The notes: a model not told the origin generated them from the sequence alone. Positions 16,196 through 26,672 are shown, counted from the first letter of the stretch. The stretch is 64,000 nucleotides of DNA from Candidatus Woesearchaeota archaeon (GCA_043803105.1 JAZDKJ010000006.1:364222-428221), one strand, 5' to 3'. Numbers and translations: made by a program.

Positions 16196-19049
16196 TTCTT
16201 TGCTTGACCAGTTCTGATAACTCTTTCGGCCATTTTTCAATCTCAGATTTTTTCTTTCTTAAGAATTCAATAAATCCATCTTTAACTTCCCTTCCTTCTA
16301 TCATTTCTGCCAATTGTTCCTTCTCTGTTATTGAAAGCCCCTCGATGTTCCATGCTTGCATCTTAAGGCTGTCGATTTTGTCTTCTTTTTCTGCCTCAAG
16401 TTTTTCTTCCTGCTCTATCCAAAGCTCTTCATAGCTCTTGATTTTGTTCTCTGGCTGCTTCTTTCCCTGTTTCAAAGATATTTTTGCCAGTACCATCTCG
16501 TGCATTCTTTTCAGGAACTCCATCCTGTCCTCGATTTTCAACAGGTCTGTGTAGCCCTGCACTATGAGGTTGAAGGCGAACGGGCTTGGCACTGTTGTTG
16601 CGTATTGCTGGATCTTTATCTTGCCATCTTCGATTTGCTTTAGCACAATGCTTGCGCTTTTTTCGTCCATCAGGTCTTCAAGCACCTCTCTTCGTGCCTC
16701 TTCGAGTATCGGAAATCTTGGGTTTATCCTCCTTACAGCGCTTATAAGTATTGTGGATGATACTTGCTGTCTCCCCACCCTTTGCGTCCTTCCCTTATAT
16801 TGCCTTAGTATCATTAATGCCCTTGTTGCGCAGTGCCTAAACCTTCTTTTCAGTACCTCGCTCGTTTCTATTGCGTTTCTTAACACCAGGTCCAGCTTTT
16901 CTGATTTCAATAGCTCAAAGGCCTTCATCACATTGACCTTCTGATTGGTCATCAGGTAGAATCCATTGTCGTTGATTCCTACTGAAACATCCCTGTGGCT
17001 AACCCTTGATACTGCAAATCCTACCGCCCTTGATAGTGCGTCGTTTACCCTTCTCCCAAACAGGCTGTGCAGCAGGTAGTATGTTTGCTTGCCGTCGTTG
17101 TAGGTTTCCATGATTATTGACTTGTCTGTTGGTATTTCCAGGTACTCTGCCTGTTCTTTGAAATAATTGTATAATGCTTTCGCTGCTTTGCTGTCCACGT
17201 AAAGGTACTGGTTGATGAAGCCCATAACCTCTTCCTCGTTCTGCCTGGCTGAAAATTTCTCTTTGATTAATCTCCTGAATCTGCCTATTTCTAAAGCAAG
17301 GTCAAAGCTTAATGGCAGCATCTCTGAGAACCATGATGGTATTGTTGGCGGCCTATACACTGATGTTCTCACGTACGCAACCATGCCCTTTGCGTACAGG
17401 AACTCATATTTTTCCCCTCCCAAGACAAATACGTCTCCCTTTTTTAGCCTTTCAAGGAAAGCCTCGTCTATCTGTCCTATTGCCTGCTCACCTATCTTCA
17501 CTGTTATGTACATCTCGTCTGGTATCGTTCCTATGTTTGTCATGTAGATTACCCTGCCGAGCCTTCCTTTTTTCCCTATCATATTGCTTTCAGGGTCATA
17601 CCATATCTTTGCGTAGATGTGCCTGTCTTCGAGCGATGTGAACTTTCCCGCAAGGTATTGGAGTATATCGATGTAGTCCTTTCTTTGCAGGTCTTTGAAC
17701 GGGTAGCTCTGCTTGATTATTTTGAAAAGCTCGTCAACATTCCATTTCTGCTCTAAGGCAAAACCATCTATCTGCTGTGCAAGCACGTCAAGGCAGTTTG
17801 TTGGCAGGTGTATCTTGTCAATCTTTTTCTCTATTGCGCACTTTAGCAATACTGAGCATTCCACCAGGTCGTCCCTGTCAAGCACTATTATCCTTGCCTT
17901 GACCTTGTCGTGCAGTTTGTGTCCTGACCTTCCTGCTCTCTGAAGAAATCTTGCTACTGACTTTGGCGAGCCAAGGCAGATTACAAGGTCTATGTATCCT
18001 ATGTCTATGCCAAGCTCCAGGGAGGTGCTTGACACAATGACCTTGAGCTCTCCATTTCTTAGTCTGGTTTCTATGTCATGCCTGAGTGTTTTCGACAATG
18101 ACCCATGGTGCGCTCCTATGTTTGAGGTGTACTTTTGCGGCCACCTGTCCTTGAGATGGTCGATTACTCTCTCTGTTGCCGACCTTGTGTTTGTAAATAT
18201 GAGTGTTGTCCTATGGCTTTGCACCAGGTTGTCTATGAGCTCATACATTTTCTGGTGCATTACGCTGTGAGGCGTGCTTATCAGGTCTTCAACTGGTGAC
18301 ATTACTTTCAGGTCCATTTCCTTTAGGAATTGCACGTCTGCTATTTTGCAGTCTCTTGGTTTATCATCCTTGAAGCCTACCAGGAACAATGCAATCTCTT
18401 CTAATGGTGCGATTGTTGCGGAGAGGCCTATCCTTGTCATGTGCGGAGATAAGTAGTCAAGCCTTTCCAAAGACAATGATAAATGAACACCCCTCTTGTT
18501 CTCCGCTAACGCATGTATTTCGTCTACTACACACCACTCCACTGCCTTGAGGTGGTCCCTAAACTTAGGTGAGGTCAGCATGATGGCAAGGCTTTCAGGT
18601 GTTGTGATCAATATGTGCGGCGGCTTCCTTAGCATCTTTTGCTTTTCCGCTGTCGTTGTGTCTCCTGTCCTGACCCCTACTCTTATCCCAAGCTTTTTTC
18701 CTGCAGCCTCTTCCATTTCTTTCAAAGGTTCCACAAGGTTGTGCTGGATGTCGTTTCCGAGTGCCTTTAGCGGGCTCACGTAAACGCAGTAGATTTTATC
18801 CTGCAAAATTTCCTTTTGGGAGGAGTCTATTAGCTCGTTCAGAATCGATAGAAATGCTGTAAGTGTCTTTGTCGCTCCTGTCGGAGCGCTGACTAGGATG
18901 TTTGCCCTGGAGTGTATCTCCATCACCCCAAAGAGCTGCGGCAGTGAGAACTTCTCGAATTTCTTGAAGAACCATTCCTTAACGATTGGATTGAGGATTT
19001 GTTTCAGTTCTTCTTCAGTATTGGCTTTAACCTTATGCTCTATCATCAA
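16185..19049 (-). CDS. lhr: Lhr-type DEAD/DEAH-box ATP-dependent helicase
   Basis: 954-aa ORF with SAPTGATKT (Walker A), VVDEIH, SSTSLELGIDIG and QRAGRSGH, plus the long C-terminal Lhr-associated region. Confidence 0.85.
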   Translation of the reverse strand: MMIEHKVKANTEEELKQILNPIVKEWFFKKFEKFSLPQLFGVMEIHSRANILVSAPTGATKTLTAFLSILNELIDSSQKEILQDKIYCVYVSPLKALGNDIQHNLVEPLKEMEEAAGKKLGIRVGVRTGDTTTAEKQKMLRKPPHILITTPESLAIMLTSPKFRDHLKAVEWCVVDEIHALAENKRGVHLSLSLERLDYLSPHMTRIGLSATIAPLEEIALFLVGFKDDKPRDCKIADVQFLKEMDLKVMSPVEDLISTPHSVMHQKMYELIDNLVQSHRTTLIFTNTRSATERVIDHLKDRWPQKYTSNIGAHHGSLSKTLRHDIETRLRNGELKVIVSSTSLELGIDIGYIDLVICLGSPKSVARFLQRAGRSGHKLHDKVKARIIVLDRDDLVECSVLLKCAIEKKIDKIHLPTNCLDVLAQQIDGFALEQKWNVDELFKIIKQSYPFKDLQRKDYIDILQYLAGKFTSLEDRHIYAKIWYDPESNMIGKKGRLGRVIYMTNIGTIPDEMYITVKIGEQAIGQIDEAFLERLKKGDVFVLGGEKYEFLYAKGMVAYVRTSVYRPPTIPSWFSEMLPLSFDLALEIGRFRRLIKEKFSARQNEEEVMGFINQYLYVDSKAAKALYNYFKEQAEYLEIPTDKSIIMETYNDGKQTYYLLHSLFGRRVNDALSRAVGFAVSRVSHRDVSVGINDNGFYLMTNQKVNVMKAFELLKSEKLDLVLRNAIETSEVLKRRFRHCATRALMILRQYKGRTQRVGRQQVSSTILISAVRRINPRFPILEEARREVLEDLMDEKSASIVLKQIEDGKIKIQQYATTVPSPFAFNLIVQGYTDLLKIEDRMEFLKRMHEMVLAKISLKQGKKQPENKIKSYEELWIEQEEKLEAEKEDKIDSLKMQAWNIEGLSITEKEQLAEMIEGREVKDGFIEFLRKKKSEIEKWPKELSELVKQRINH

Positions 19050-19158
19050 ATACTCAAGAAATTCTGTTGTTTAAAAAGGTTGGTTTCAATTGGTAATCCA
19101 CAAACTGACTCAAAGTTATGAAAACTTATATATACTGATCATTTGATATAACAAAACC

Positions 19159-19410
19159 ATGAAGAAGGCAATAATCATTTCAATAATGCTGTTGGTAATG
19201 CTGGTTGCCGGATGCAAAGAAAAAACATTAGAAACTGGACCTGAAACACCTTGCACAACTGACAATGACTGCTGGTGTAGGTCTTATACCGGCCTAGGTT
19301 TTATAGCAGGGAAGGGTCCAAGCAGATGTTGCACAGAAGAACTACAAGAAAATATGAACCAAAAAATCTGTCCTGCTGTCAACAAATGCAAGCGATGTTT
19401 ATATCAATAA
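19159..19410 (+). CDS. small Cys-rich lipoprotein, hypothetical
   Basis: 83-aa ORF with a lipobox-like LVAGC and 8 further Cys. Confidence 0.5.
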   Translation: MKKAIIISIMLLVMLVAGCKEKTLETGPETPCTTDNDCWCRSYTGLGFIAGKGPSRCCTEELQENMNQKICPAVNKCKRCLYQ

Positions 19411-19429
19411 TGCTCCTTGGCATCACTTT

Positions 19430-20392
19430 TCACACCAACTCACTTTGCAGTATATTTAACAGATACCCAGTAAAGATTATTGCCAGAGTTGTTATTCCAA
19501 AAAATATTCCTATCAATTTTAGATTCATAGCCCTTCTAAGCATGATTGCTTCAGGCAGGCTTAAGGCAGCTACCGCCATCATGAAAGCCAATGCAGTCCC
19601 CAAAGGGATTCCTTTTTGGAAGAGCACCACTGCAATCGGGACGATTGCTGCACAGCTGCCATACATTGGAACTCCTATCAACGTGGCTATTGGTACTGAA
19701 AAAATGCCTCCCTTGCTTATCAATCCTTGAATCAATTCAGAAGGCACATAGTTGTGGATTGCCGCTCCGACCCCTACTCCAACCAGCACCCATATCCATA
19801 ATTTCTTGGCAATTGATACGGATTCATTGAACCCGAATTGCACTCTTTTTTTGATAGAATCATAATTAATTTCTTTGATATGTTTAGAGTTTGTAGATAT
19901 AAGATCTTTAACAAGATGTTTGTCCAATTTCATGCCGCCAAGTATTAATCCGGATACAACTCCTATCAGAATGCCGCTTAATACATATGCCATAGTGATT
20001 TTCCATCCAAAGAACCCGAGCATTAGGACTACCAAATATTCGTTTATCAGTGGGGAAGTTATTAAGAAGGAAAAAGTCACTCCTAAAGGGATTCCTGCCT
20101 CAAGAAAACTTATGAAAATGGGAATTGAAGAGCATGAACAGAAAGGTGTTATAGCCCCAAACAATGAAGCCAGTACGTTTCCGATGCCTTTTTTCTTTCC
20201 GCTTAGCCATTGCTTGACTTTATTTTGGGGAATGTATGTTCTGATGAAGCCTATTGCAAGGATCATGAAGAACAGAAGGAAGAGTATTTTGATAGAATCA
20301 TAAACAAAATAATTAATGGATTGGATCAGCCTTGAAGAAGAATCAAGTCCTAAAAGGTTGTACAGGATCCAATCAACAATCACTTGCAGCAT
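19430..20392 (-). CDS. permease (COG0701-type predicted permease)
   Basis: 320-aa polytopic ORF with a conserved [14 protein letters not shown] motif. Lies downstream of the ArsR regulator. Confidence 0.7.
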   Translation of the reverse strand: MLQVIVDWILYNLLGLDSSSRLIQSINYFVYDSIKILFLLFFMILAIGFIRTYIPQNKVKQWLSGKKKGIGNVLASLFGAITPFCSCSSIPIFISFLEAGIPLGVTFSFLITSPLINEYLVVLMLGFFGWKITMAYVLSGILIGVVSGLILGGMKLDKHLVKDLISTNSKHIKEINYDSIKKRVQFGFNESVSIAKKLWIWVLVGVGVGAAIHNYVPSELIQGLISKGGIFSVPIATLIGVPMYGSCAAIVPIAVVLFQKGIPLGTALAFMMAVAALSLPEAIMLRRAMNLKLIGIFFGITTLAIIFTGYLLNILQSELV

Positions 20393-20493
20393 GAGTCATC
20401 GCAGCAGCATTTTTTCTCTTTGGATTTCTTTTTGAGTTTCTTGTCCATTTTATCAATAATTTTTCCAATAAAATTCTTCTTCTTTTCGGTCAT
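20380..20493 (-). CDS. Lys- and Cys-rich micro-protein (37 aa)
   Basis: Below the ORF-track cutoff. [37 protein letters not shown]. Its end overlaps the permease start by 13 nt. Confidence 0.4.
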   Translation of the reverse strand: MTEKKKNFIGKIIDKMDKKLKKKSKEKKCCCDDSCCK

Positions 20494-20502
20494 GTTTATC
20501 AC

Positions 20503-20790
20503 CTAGCATACAGTTTTCGTGGTTTTATTCTTGCCAATTCCCAGCAATTTGCAGATAGAGTATACCCTCTTGTCCTTAATTGAGTAGAAAATATTCCTGC
20601 CTTTTCTTCTGGATTTCAGGATATTTTCTTTTTCCAGGTCATTCAAGTGTGTTGAGACTGTTGATTGCGCTCTCCCTGTAACCGAAATAAACTCGCATGA
20701 GCACACTTCGCCCTTAAGGAGATGCCTTATTATCTTGAGTTTTGTCTCATCACCCAAGATTCTCAAGAATACAGCACTTTCCTTTAGCAT
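20503..20790 (-). CDS. ArsR/SmtB-family transcriptional regulator
   Basis: The ORF-track ORF is 20503..20838. The start is likely MLKESAVFLRILGDETKLKIIRHLLKGEVCSCEF...STVSTHLNDLEKENIL at 20790, just downstream of TTTATATA (20810-20817). Confidence 0.8.
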   Translation of the reverse strand: MLKESAVFLRILGDETKLKIIRHLLKGEVCSCEFISVTGRAQSTVSTHLNDLEKENILKSRRKGRNIFYSIKDKRVYSICKLLGIGKNKTTKTVC

Positions 20791-20939
20791 AAATATCGAT
20801 AAATGTAGATATATAAATAATTTTCGGATGGACAGCACTTATGTTCCCTCTCAGGTTCCTTTTATAAACTGAAGTCGCCCCGAATGTAAGAACGGACAGA
20901 ACAATAATCTTTATATATCACTTTAGAGTTACTATTGGA

Positions 20940-21191
20940 ATGCAGCACCAAGTTAACGTGTTTTATGATCCGAAAACAATGGATATAGGTTTGTTGCAGA
21001 AGTTTTACTCAGCGTACGGTCTCGCTTCCCCGTCAGAAGACGCGTTAAGATTTCCTCTGTTTCGCCGCAACGGCGATGGATTGGAAACAGCCCTGGCAAA
21101 ATATGAGTTCTTGACAAAGGCTCAAGCTATGGAATTGATAAGTGCTGTTAGTGATTTCAAGAATATCCAAACAGAGATGTCTGACCTTTAG
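20940..21191 (+). CDS. hypothetical protein
   Basis: 83-aa ORF with no recognised motif. Confidence 0.35.
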   Translation: MQHQVNVFYDPKTMDIGLLQKFYSAYGLASPSEDALRFPLFRRNGDGLETALAKYEFLTKAQAMELISAVSDFKNIQTEMSDL

Positions 21192-21272
21192 TGCTTCACC
21201 TAATTTTATATTGTAATTCTTCACCAATTTCTCATATAACTGTCTCTTGTATGAGCTTTATAGAATTCCAAC

Positions 21273-21818
21273 TTATTTCTTCCTTACCTTTTCCGGATTC
21301 AACTTCTTGTATCCCATCCATATAAGTATTGCCAGAGTCAAGCCTAAAATTATGACCCTGAGATAGTTTGAGGCATTGCTCCAGTACCTTATGATGCCAT
21401 ATATTATTGATATTACTCCTCCACCCATCAGCCCTGAGGAAACGCTCTCAAGCTTGAGGATAAATCCTCCTAAGGCCACTGCTATTAACCCTAATATTGT
21501 TGCTGCAATGAATACATTTTTTGTATAGCCTTTGTCTGCATCCTCGTATTGTTTTTGACATTTTGAATACATGTCGCAAAAACCCTGTGGGCACTCAATT
21601 ACTCCAGGTTCGCACTTCTGCTTACTTGGATATGGGTTCCAAACCCCTCCTGTTGCATTGCAGGCTGCCTCAGTCATTGTTGGTGGTGTTGCAACATTCT
21701 TGCAATAGTCATTATATTCTGGTCCTGGTTTGACAGCATGAATTGAGAATCCTACGAAAAGCGCAAGCACGATCGCTATCGCGACCCCAAGGATTGTTTG
21801 CTTGACTTTGGATACCAT
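21273..21818 (-). CDS. membrane protein with Cys-rich extracellular segment, hypothetical
   Basis: 181-aa ORF with an N-terminal TM helix, a Cys-rich middle and 3 C-terminal TM helices. Confidence 0.5.
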   Translation of the reverse strand: MVSKVKQTILGVAIAIVLALFVGFSIHAVKPGPEYNDYCKNVATPPTMTEAACNATGGVWNPYPSKQKCEPGVIECPQGFCDMYSKCQKQYEDADKGYTKNVFIAATILGLIAVALGGFILKLESVSSGLMGGGVISIIYGIIRYWSNASNYLRVIILGLTLAILIWMGYKKLNPEKVRKK

Positions 21819-21907
21819 ACATCTGCCTAAGGTTGCCTATTATTTAAATTTATTGATTTGAGGCAGTTATGTAGGTAATCAAAGAATCTTGTTTCCATGA
21901 ATTGCCC

Positions 21908-22654
21908 CTACCTTTTAGTCCTGTAAAAACATGCGTGGTCAAAATCCCCTGGCACGATCTTTGCTGTATGGTCAGTAGCCACTTGAAGAAAAAACATCTT
22001 CCTGAATGCGTCTGAATGACTGCCTTTTTCATTGTGTCTGCCGATTCTGACAGACCATTCCTGTTTGTTATCTTCATATTTGTGGTACAGCTGGTCAAGT
22101 TTTTCCATATAATGCAAGAATACTTGCTTAATCTCTTGACCGTTTTTGAAAGCCTTGAAGTCTTCTCTTGGGCGTATATCCCTTACCAGGTAGCGTCCTC
22201 CTTCAGTAAGGTTGGGCATGATCATAAAGGTTCCGTGAGTGCTCGGGTACCATTGGGCTTTACCCTCTTTGTTCTTTAAGCACCCAGAAATTGCGGGTAT
22301 ATCAAACCCAAATTCTTGATATAGGAAGGTCATCATATCGTGCTGCTTTGGCGTATAGTTCGGCGACAAGTGCATCACATAATATTTCTTGAACTTGAAA
22401 TGGTTGGCCGCTTTCGCCACCCAGCGATCATCAAGCTTGATAACCAACTGTCCCTCACCGCGATTTAAGTATCGCCTTGAGTCAGTGCGGAGGTAGAACT
22501 CATCGCTTAGAAAGTCTTCAATGAGGTCAGTTGTGTCGCACCCGCATGCCGCGCACCATTCTGCATGAAACTTTCTTCTGGCAGCAACTATTTCTTCAGT
22601 CCTGTTCTGCGCTATTATCTCTTCGAGTTTTCCTATTTGTTCTGTAAAGGGCAT
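21908..22654 (-). CDS. hypothetical protein
   Basis: 248-aa ORF with coding-like composition. No family recognised. Confidence 0.5.
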   Translation of the reverse strand: MPFTEQIGKLEEIIAQNRTEEIVAARRKFHAEWCAACGCDTTDLIEDFLSDEFYLRTDSRRYLNRGEGQLVIKLDDRWVAKAANHFKFKKYYVMHLSPNYTPKQHDMMTFLYQEFGFDIPAISGCLKNKEGKAQWYPSTHGTFMIMPNLTEGGRYLVRDIRPREDFKAFKNGQEIKQVFLHYMEKLDQLYHKYEDNKQEWSVRIGRHNEKGSHSDAFRKMFFLQVATDHTAKIVPGDFDHACFYRTKR

Positions 22655-22736
22655 TAGTAGGTGCAGTTGCTTCTGGATTCTTAAGATTAATGGCTGCTAG
22701 CGCCTCACTCCTGATCCATCTGAAAGGATTAAATAC

Positions 22737-23132
22737 TTGGAAAACAATCTGTGCCCTGTGAAACCATTCATTATCATCTTACTGATTATATTCTTGCCCA
22801 TTCTGGCCTGCTCTCAACAGCAAGGCATCATTCAAGGTAAGGTTAGCATCGGCCCTTTGTGCCCTGTTGAGAGAAATCCTCCTGACCCAAATTGTCAGCC
22901 TACTCTTGAGACCTTTCGCAATTGGCCTATTGGGGTTTATTCAGAAAACACAAAGGTAGGTGATATCATGCCTGATTCAAGCGGTACATACACTCTTGAT
23001 TTGAACCCTGGTGTCTACACAGTCAAGCTTGAGCTAAACCAGGGCATAGGTCGCAACCTGCCGATGGAAATTGTTGTGAAATCTGGCGAGACAACATCCC
23101 TTGATGTGAATATCGATACTGGCATCAGATGA
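22737..23132 (+). CDS. small secreted protein/lipoprotein, hypothetical
   Basis: 131-aa ORF with a signal/lipobox (LPILACSQQ) and a beta-rich body. Confidence 0.5.
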   Translation: MENNLCPVKPFIIILLIIFLPILACSQQQGIIQGKVSIGPLCPVERNPPDPNCQPTLETFRNWPIGVYSENTKVGDIMPDSSGTYTLDLNPGVYTVKLELNQGIGRNLPMEIVVKSGETTSLDVNIDTGIR

Positions 23133-23193
23133 ATTTACACTATTTCTTTTCCATATGGAAAACTATTTAAATGCCCGACCCTGACCAAACCAC

Positions 23194-23511
23194 ATGCCCC
23201 GAGGTCGTCCTGTTTATAGTGAAGTCCGCCAGAACATGGTTGAGATTCTTGCAGCCCTAAAAAAAGGGTGCGGTTATGACATCTATAGAGTGTACCGCAA
23301 TATCTATCCCAAGATTACTCTGCGCCTTGTTTACTACCATTTGAAGAAGGGCGTTGTTCTGGGTGAGTTCAAGGTCCACACTGTTGTATCTGAAAAGGGT
23401 GATTACAGCTGGGGTCCAGAAGCTCAGAAGATTTATTATTCGCTTGGGGAAAAAGCCACTCCTAAAGGAGATCCCAGAGTGACCAAATATATAGACAGAA
23501 AAACAAAGTAA
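23194..23511 (+). CDS. winged-helix DNA-binding protein
   Basis: 105-aa ORF: VEILAALKKGCGYDIYRVYRNIYPKITLRLVYYHLKKGVVLGEF. Confidence 0.55.
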   Translation: MPRGRPVYSEVRQNMVEILAALKKGCGYDIYRVYRNIYPKITLRLVYYHLKKGVVLGEFKVHTVVSEKGDYSWGPEAQKIYYSLGEKATPKGDPRVTKYIDRKTK

Positions 23512-23778
23512 CTATCTTTTCTTTGCGCTTAAAGAGGTTAGCTTATGCACAACCTGTTTCAGGCTCTCTATGTCCTTTCTCACTTCAACCAAGTCAAAGA
23601 ACTTGATGTATTTCAGGTAAGGAAGGAGCATTAAGACAAAGATTAAGCTGACCATGAAGAATGCGAACTTGTCTGTCTTCAGTGGCATAACATCAAATAC
23701 GTGAAGGATCATCAGAACATAAAGCGTGAAAACGAGCAAGATAAACGGCAGCGGGTTCTTGGCTATCTTGTCTTCCAT
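23512..23778 (-). CDS. small membrane protein, hypothetical
   Basis: 88-aa ORF with 2 TM helices. Confidence 0.4.
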   Translation of the reverse strand: MEDKIAKNPLPFILLVFTLYVLMILHVFDVMPLKTDKFAFFMVSLIFVLMLLPYLKYIKFFDLVEVRKDIESLKQVVHKLTSLSAKKR

Positions 23779-23813
23779 GGTATTGCCCCCTCTTTGGAAC
23801 TTTATAATTGTTT

Positions 23814-24050
23814 CTATTTGTGCATCCCTTCAATCATTTTCTTCTCAAGAAATCTTGACATGTTGATGTTCTTCTCTGTGCAATACGCCTTGAACCTTCT
23901 AAGTACATTCTCGTCAATCGTTATATTGAGCCTCTTCCTCCTGTAAAGTTTTGGAAGTTTTTTGGTTCTCTCATACTCCAGGAGACTCTCAAATACTTCG
24001 GGATATTTGCGTATTATTTCCAGTCCTTTTGCTACTTCCCGTTTTCCCAT
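23814..24050 (-). CDS. ribbon-helix-helix (CopG-like) protein
   Basis: 78-aa ORF. The C-terminal KRLNITIDENVLRRFKAYCTEKNINMSRFLEKKM is a typical RHH. Confidence 0.55.
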   Translation of the reverse strand: MGKREVAKGLEIIRKYPEVFESLLEYERTKKLPKLYRRKRLNITIDENVLRRFKAYCTEKNINMSRFLEKKMIEGMHK

Positions 24051-24106
24051 TTGACTGTTGGCTTCATACGTACATATACGTATAAATATTTAAGCCTTAT
24101 GATTTA

Positions 24107-24790
24107 TTATTTAATCCGCTTAAAGAACCCAAAGAGCGCAAAAGCCTCTCTTTTGGTTAGGAAGCTCTTATTAAGAATTCGTTTCCATACCTTTCTCTGT
24201 GTTTCCTTTTTTTCTTTTGTAGGGAATTTCATCTTGCCGAGCACCTTGTCCACAAGCTTTAGCAGCAAGTCCTTTTCTTTCTTTGTTGCCAGCACAAATT
24301 TTTCTTCAGTCTGCTTTTCTGATTCCGCCCTTCTTAGTTCATAAAGCAATATTGCCACTGCGTGGCTTATGTTTAGTGTCGGATGCTTAGAGGCAGTTGG
24401 TATGTGCACAATGAAATCACAGTCCTGCACTTCTTTGTTTGTCAGCCCTATTCCTTCTCTCCCGAACAGTAGCGCAATCCTTGTCTTGCGCGGAATTACG
24501 CTTGCGAGTTGTCTCGGTGTTATCGGGCTCCTTGGAAGGTTGTAGTCAGTACCCAATCGTGCAGTTGTTCCAATGATATAGTCATATTCCTTCAGAAGTC
24601 TCTTTTTCCCAATAATTGCGTTAGCCAATATCCTGTTTCCGAACTTTGAGCGCGCAATCGCCTCAGAACTTTTGATGTCGCACTTTGGGTCAATCAGAAC
24701 AAGTCTTCCATATCTAAAATTGTGTAAAACCCTTGCTATCGCTCCAACATTGCCTGCGTTCTCCGGCTGCATAAGCACAATGTCTATCAT
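24107..24790 (-). CDS. SpoU/TrmH-family RNA 2'-O-methyltransferase (TrmJ-like)
   Basis: The ORF-track ORF is 24107..24898. The start is likely MIDIVLMQPENAGNVGAIARVLHNF... at 24790. Also contains LLFGREGIGL and NISHAVAILLYE motifs. Confidence 0.8.
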   Translation of the reverse strand: MIDIVLMQPENAGNVGAIARVLHNFRYGRLVLIDPKCDIKSSEAIARSKFGNRILANAIIGKKRLLKEYDYIIGTTARLGTDYNLPRSPITPRQLASVIPRKTRIALLFGREGIGLTNKEVQDCDFIVHIPTASKHPTLNISHAVAILLYELRRAESEKQTEEKFVLATKKEKDLLLKLVDKVLGKMKFPTKEKKETQRKVWKRILNKSFLTKREAFALFGFFKRIK

Positions 24791-24828
24791 GCTAACAATG
24801 GATTGTATGGCGAATTTAAAGCTTTTTG

Positions 24829-26013
24829 TTATCTTGTGAATCCAAAGAAGACATTGACTAAGATAAGCGTAATGAAAAATGCGCTGATAAGCATCCAATA
24901 GAATCTTGCCTTTTTCTGGTCGAAGTATTTCTCAAGGGTTGTGAGCATCATTCTGCCTCCATCCACCGGTCCTAAAGGCAGCAGGTTGAACAGCCCTATT
25001 CCAACACTTAGAAGGTAAAGCCAATAAAGTAATCCTAGCAACCAGACTATTGCCTCAGGTAGGAACCCCCCTATAGAGTTCTGCACTCCTGGCTTCAGTA
25101 TGCTGTTCTGTCGGACGAATATCCCGAGGTATGGGGCGCTAAGGTTTGATGGGTTTGCTGCCAAGATCATATCATATCCTGTTTTATTGGTTGTGATATG
25201 CAGGTTCTCACCAGGTGTTTTCATCTTGAGTGCCTGCACAAAGCTTTCAATATCTGTGATGGAGTTATTATCAAGTCCTGTAACTATCTCCCCTGGCTTT
25301 ATCCCTGATGTCTCTGCAGGGAATTTGGCTGTTGAGTTGATGAAGCCAGTTACCTGAACCCCGTTGTATTGGTATAATGCCCCAGTTATCGGACCGGCAA
25401 ACGCGAAAAGCAGCAACAGCGCAATTGCCCCTAGTATAATGTTCGAAAATGGGCCTGCTGCAAAGACCGATAGTTGCTGCTTGACTTTTCTTTTTGACAC
25501 CTCTTTTTCATCTGGCTCAACAAAGGCCGCTGGTAGTATAGGAATAATAATTCCGAGAAATGCGATTCCGCTGGATTTTATCTTCATCTTGTATGCCCTG
25601 GCGATTAGCCCATGTGAGAATTCGTGCACTGCTGCGATGATCATGATTGAGATAATCCAGTAAAAGAACGGCACATAAAATGTTCCCGGTACCTTTACAG
25701 GAAGCACGAGCTGTACCCCAGGCAATGCGGTTGGGTTGGTCAGAAGTTTTACCAGGTTTTGCACCAGCGCAAACGCTATAAGTGCCATCCCAAGAAAACC
25801 GATAAAAATGCCTGCTGTTGCAAGCCATTTCAGCAGTTTTGGCAACCTGGATGCCCAGCTGTCCATTGCTTTTAAGCCTACTTTGGAACGGTACATCAGC
25901 ACGTACAGCACTGGGAAGAAGATTTTCTGCAACCTTAGCCTGTCTCTCCTTGCGTACAAGAAAACTCCCAAAAGAACAACAAAGAGAATGGCACTTGTTG
26001 TCTGGAAATCCAT
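24829..26013 (-). CDS. site-2 protease (M50 family) with PDZ domain
   Basis: 394-aa polytopic ORF with HEFSHG and FNLLPLGPVDGG motifs. Confidence 0.85.
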   Translation of the reverse strand: MDFQTTSAILFVVLLGVFLYARRDRLRLQKIFFPVLYVLMYRSKVGLKAMDSWASRLPKLLKWLATAGIFIGFLGMALIAFALVQNLVKLLTNPTALPGVQLVLPVKVPGTFYVPFFYWIISIMIIAAVHEFSHGLIARAYKMKIKSSGIAFLGIIIPILPAAFVEPDEKEVSKRKVKQQLSVFAAGPFSNIILGAIALLLLFAFAGPITGALYQYNGVQVTGFINSTAKFPAETSGIKPGEIVTGLDNNSITDIESFVQALKMKTPGENLHITTNKTGYDMILAANPSNLSAPYLGIFVRQNSILKPGVQNSIGGFLPEAIVWLLGLLYWLYLLSVGIGLFNLLPLGPVDGGRMMLTTLEKYFDQKKARFYWMLISAFFITLILVNVFFGFTR

Positions 26014-26015
26014 TT

Positions 26016-26177
26016 TTACTTCTTTCTAACAGGCCTAAGTGCTTTGCTCCCGCACTTTCTGCAGCTGATCCTTTTTTGGATCACTGCCATTGAAGGTGCT
26101 TTCACAACAGTCTTGCACTTTCTGCAGACAAAATGATTTTTGAACATTCGCGCTTCTGCTTCTGGGAATTTAACCAT
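26016..26177 (-). CDS. rpl40e: 50S ribosomal protein L40e
   Basis: Below the ORF-track cutoff. MVKFPEAEARMFKNHFVCRKCKTVVKAPSMAVIQKRISCRKCGSKALRPVRKK. Confidence 0.85.
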   Translation of the reverse strand: MVKFPEAEARMFKNHFVCRKCKTVVKAPSMAVIQKRISCRKCGSKALRPVRKK

Positions 26178-26186
26178 TTCTCACAC

Positions 26187-26588
26187 CTAATCAGGTTTAA
26201 TCTGTTTCATTATCTTGTCATTCAGCACTACCCAATACAAGATAATTTTTCCTTCCTTTAATTCTGCTTTCAATTCATCTGGAATCTTTAGGTCAAAGGT
26301 CTCGTATGTCTGGCTGTCCATCACGTTTGCCATTTCTCCGGTTATTGATAGCACTTGTGCGTCTCTTTTCTCGATTATGGGGACTTCCACAGTGTCGTGT
26401 CCTGGCATGACCACTTCCCTTTTCTTGTCATCGATCATGCCTATGCCCACAATCCTGACCTTTGCGTGTCCGTGCTTTCCAGGTCTTGATATTTGTAGGT
26501 CACTTACAACGCAAGCTGCTCCGTCCATTACTAGGTAGCTTCCTTTCTTGAGGGTACCTGCACTTGCGTTTTTTGTCTCTCCCATCAA
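26187..26588 (-). CDS. eif5a: translation initiation factor 5A (aIF5A)
   Basis: 133-aa ORF with the hypusination loop SRPGKHGHAK. Confidence 0.93.
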   Translation of the reverse strand: MMGETKNASAGTLKKGSYLVMDGAACVVSDLQISRPGKHGHAKVRIVGIGMIDDKKREVVMPGHDTVEVPIIEKRDAQVLSITGEMANVMDSQTYETFDLKIPDELKAELKEGKIILYWVVLNDKIMKQIKPD

Positions 26589-26672
26589 ATCACCGTGATT
26601 ATCAGAGACTATAGGCTATTTATAAAGGTTATGGTGGCATGCTGCCTTAGACAATTAGTTTTTTAAGGCGCA

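Noticed and set aside
741-19049. Many 60-190-aa ORFs antisense to or out of frame within rpoA1, rpoB1/2, the surface-protein genes and lhr. Similar ORFs occur inside the purine genes and infB.
   Set aside because: They are fully nested in long ORFs with strong family motifs. Their translations are low-complexity (S/L/F/C-rich), which is typical of shadow frames.
24791-24898. N-terminal extension of the SpoU/TrmJ-like ORF.
   Set aside because: It overlaps the 3' end of the site-2 protease gene. Family homology starts at MIDIVLMQPEN.
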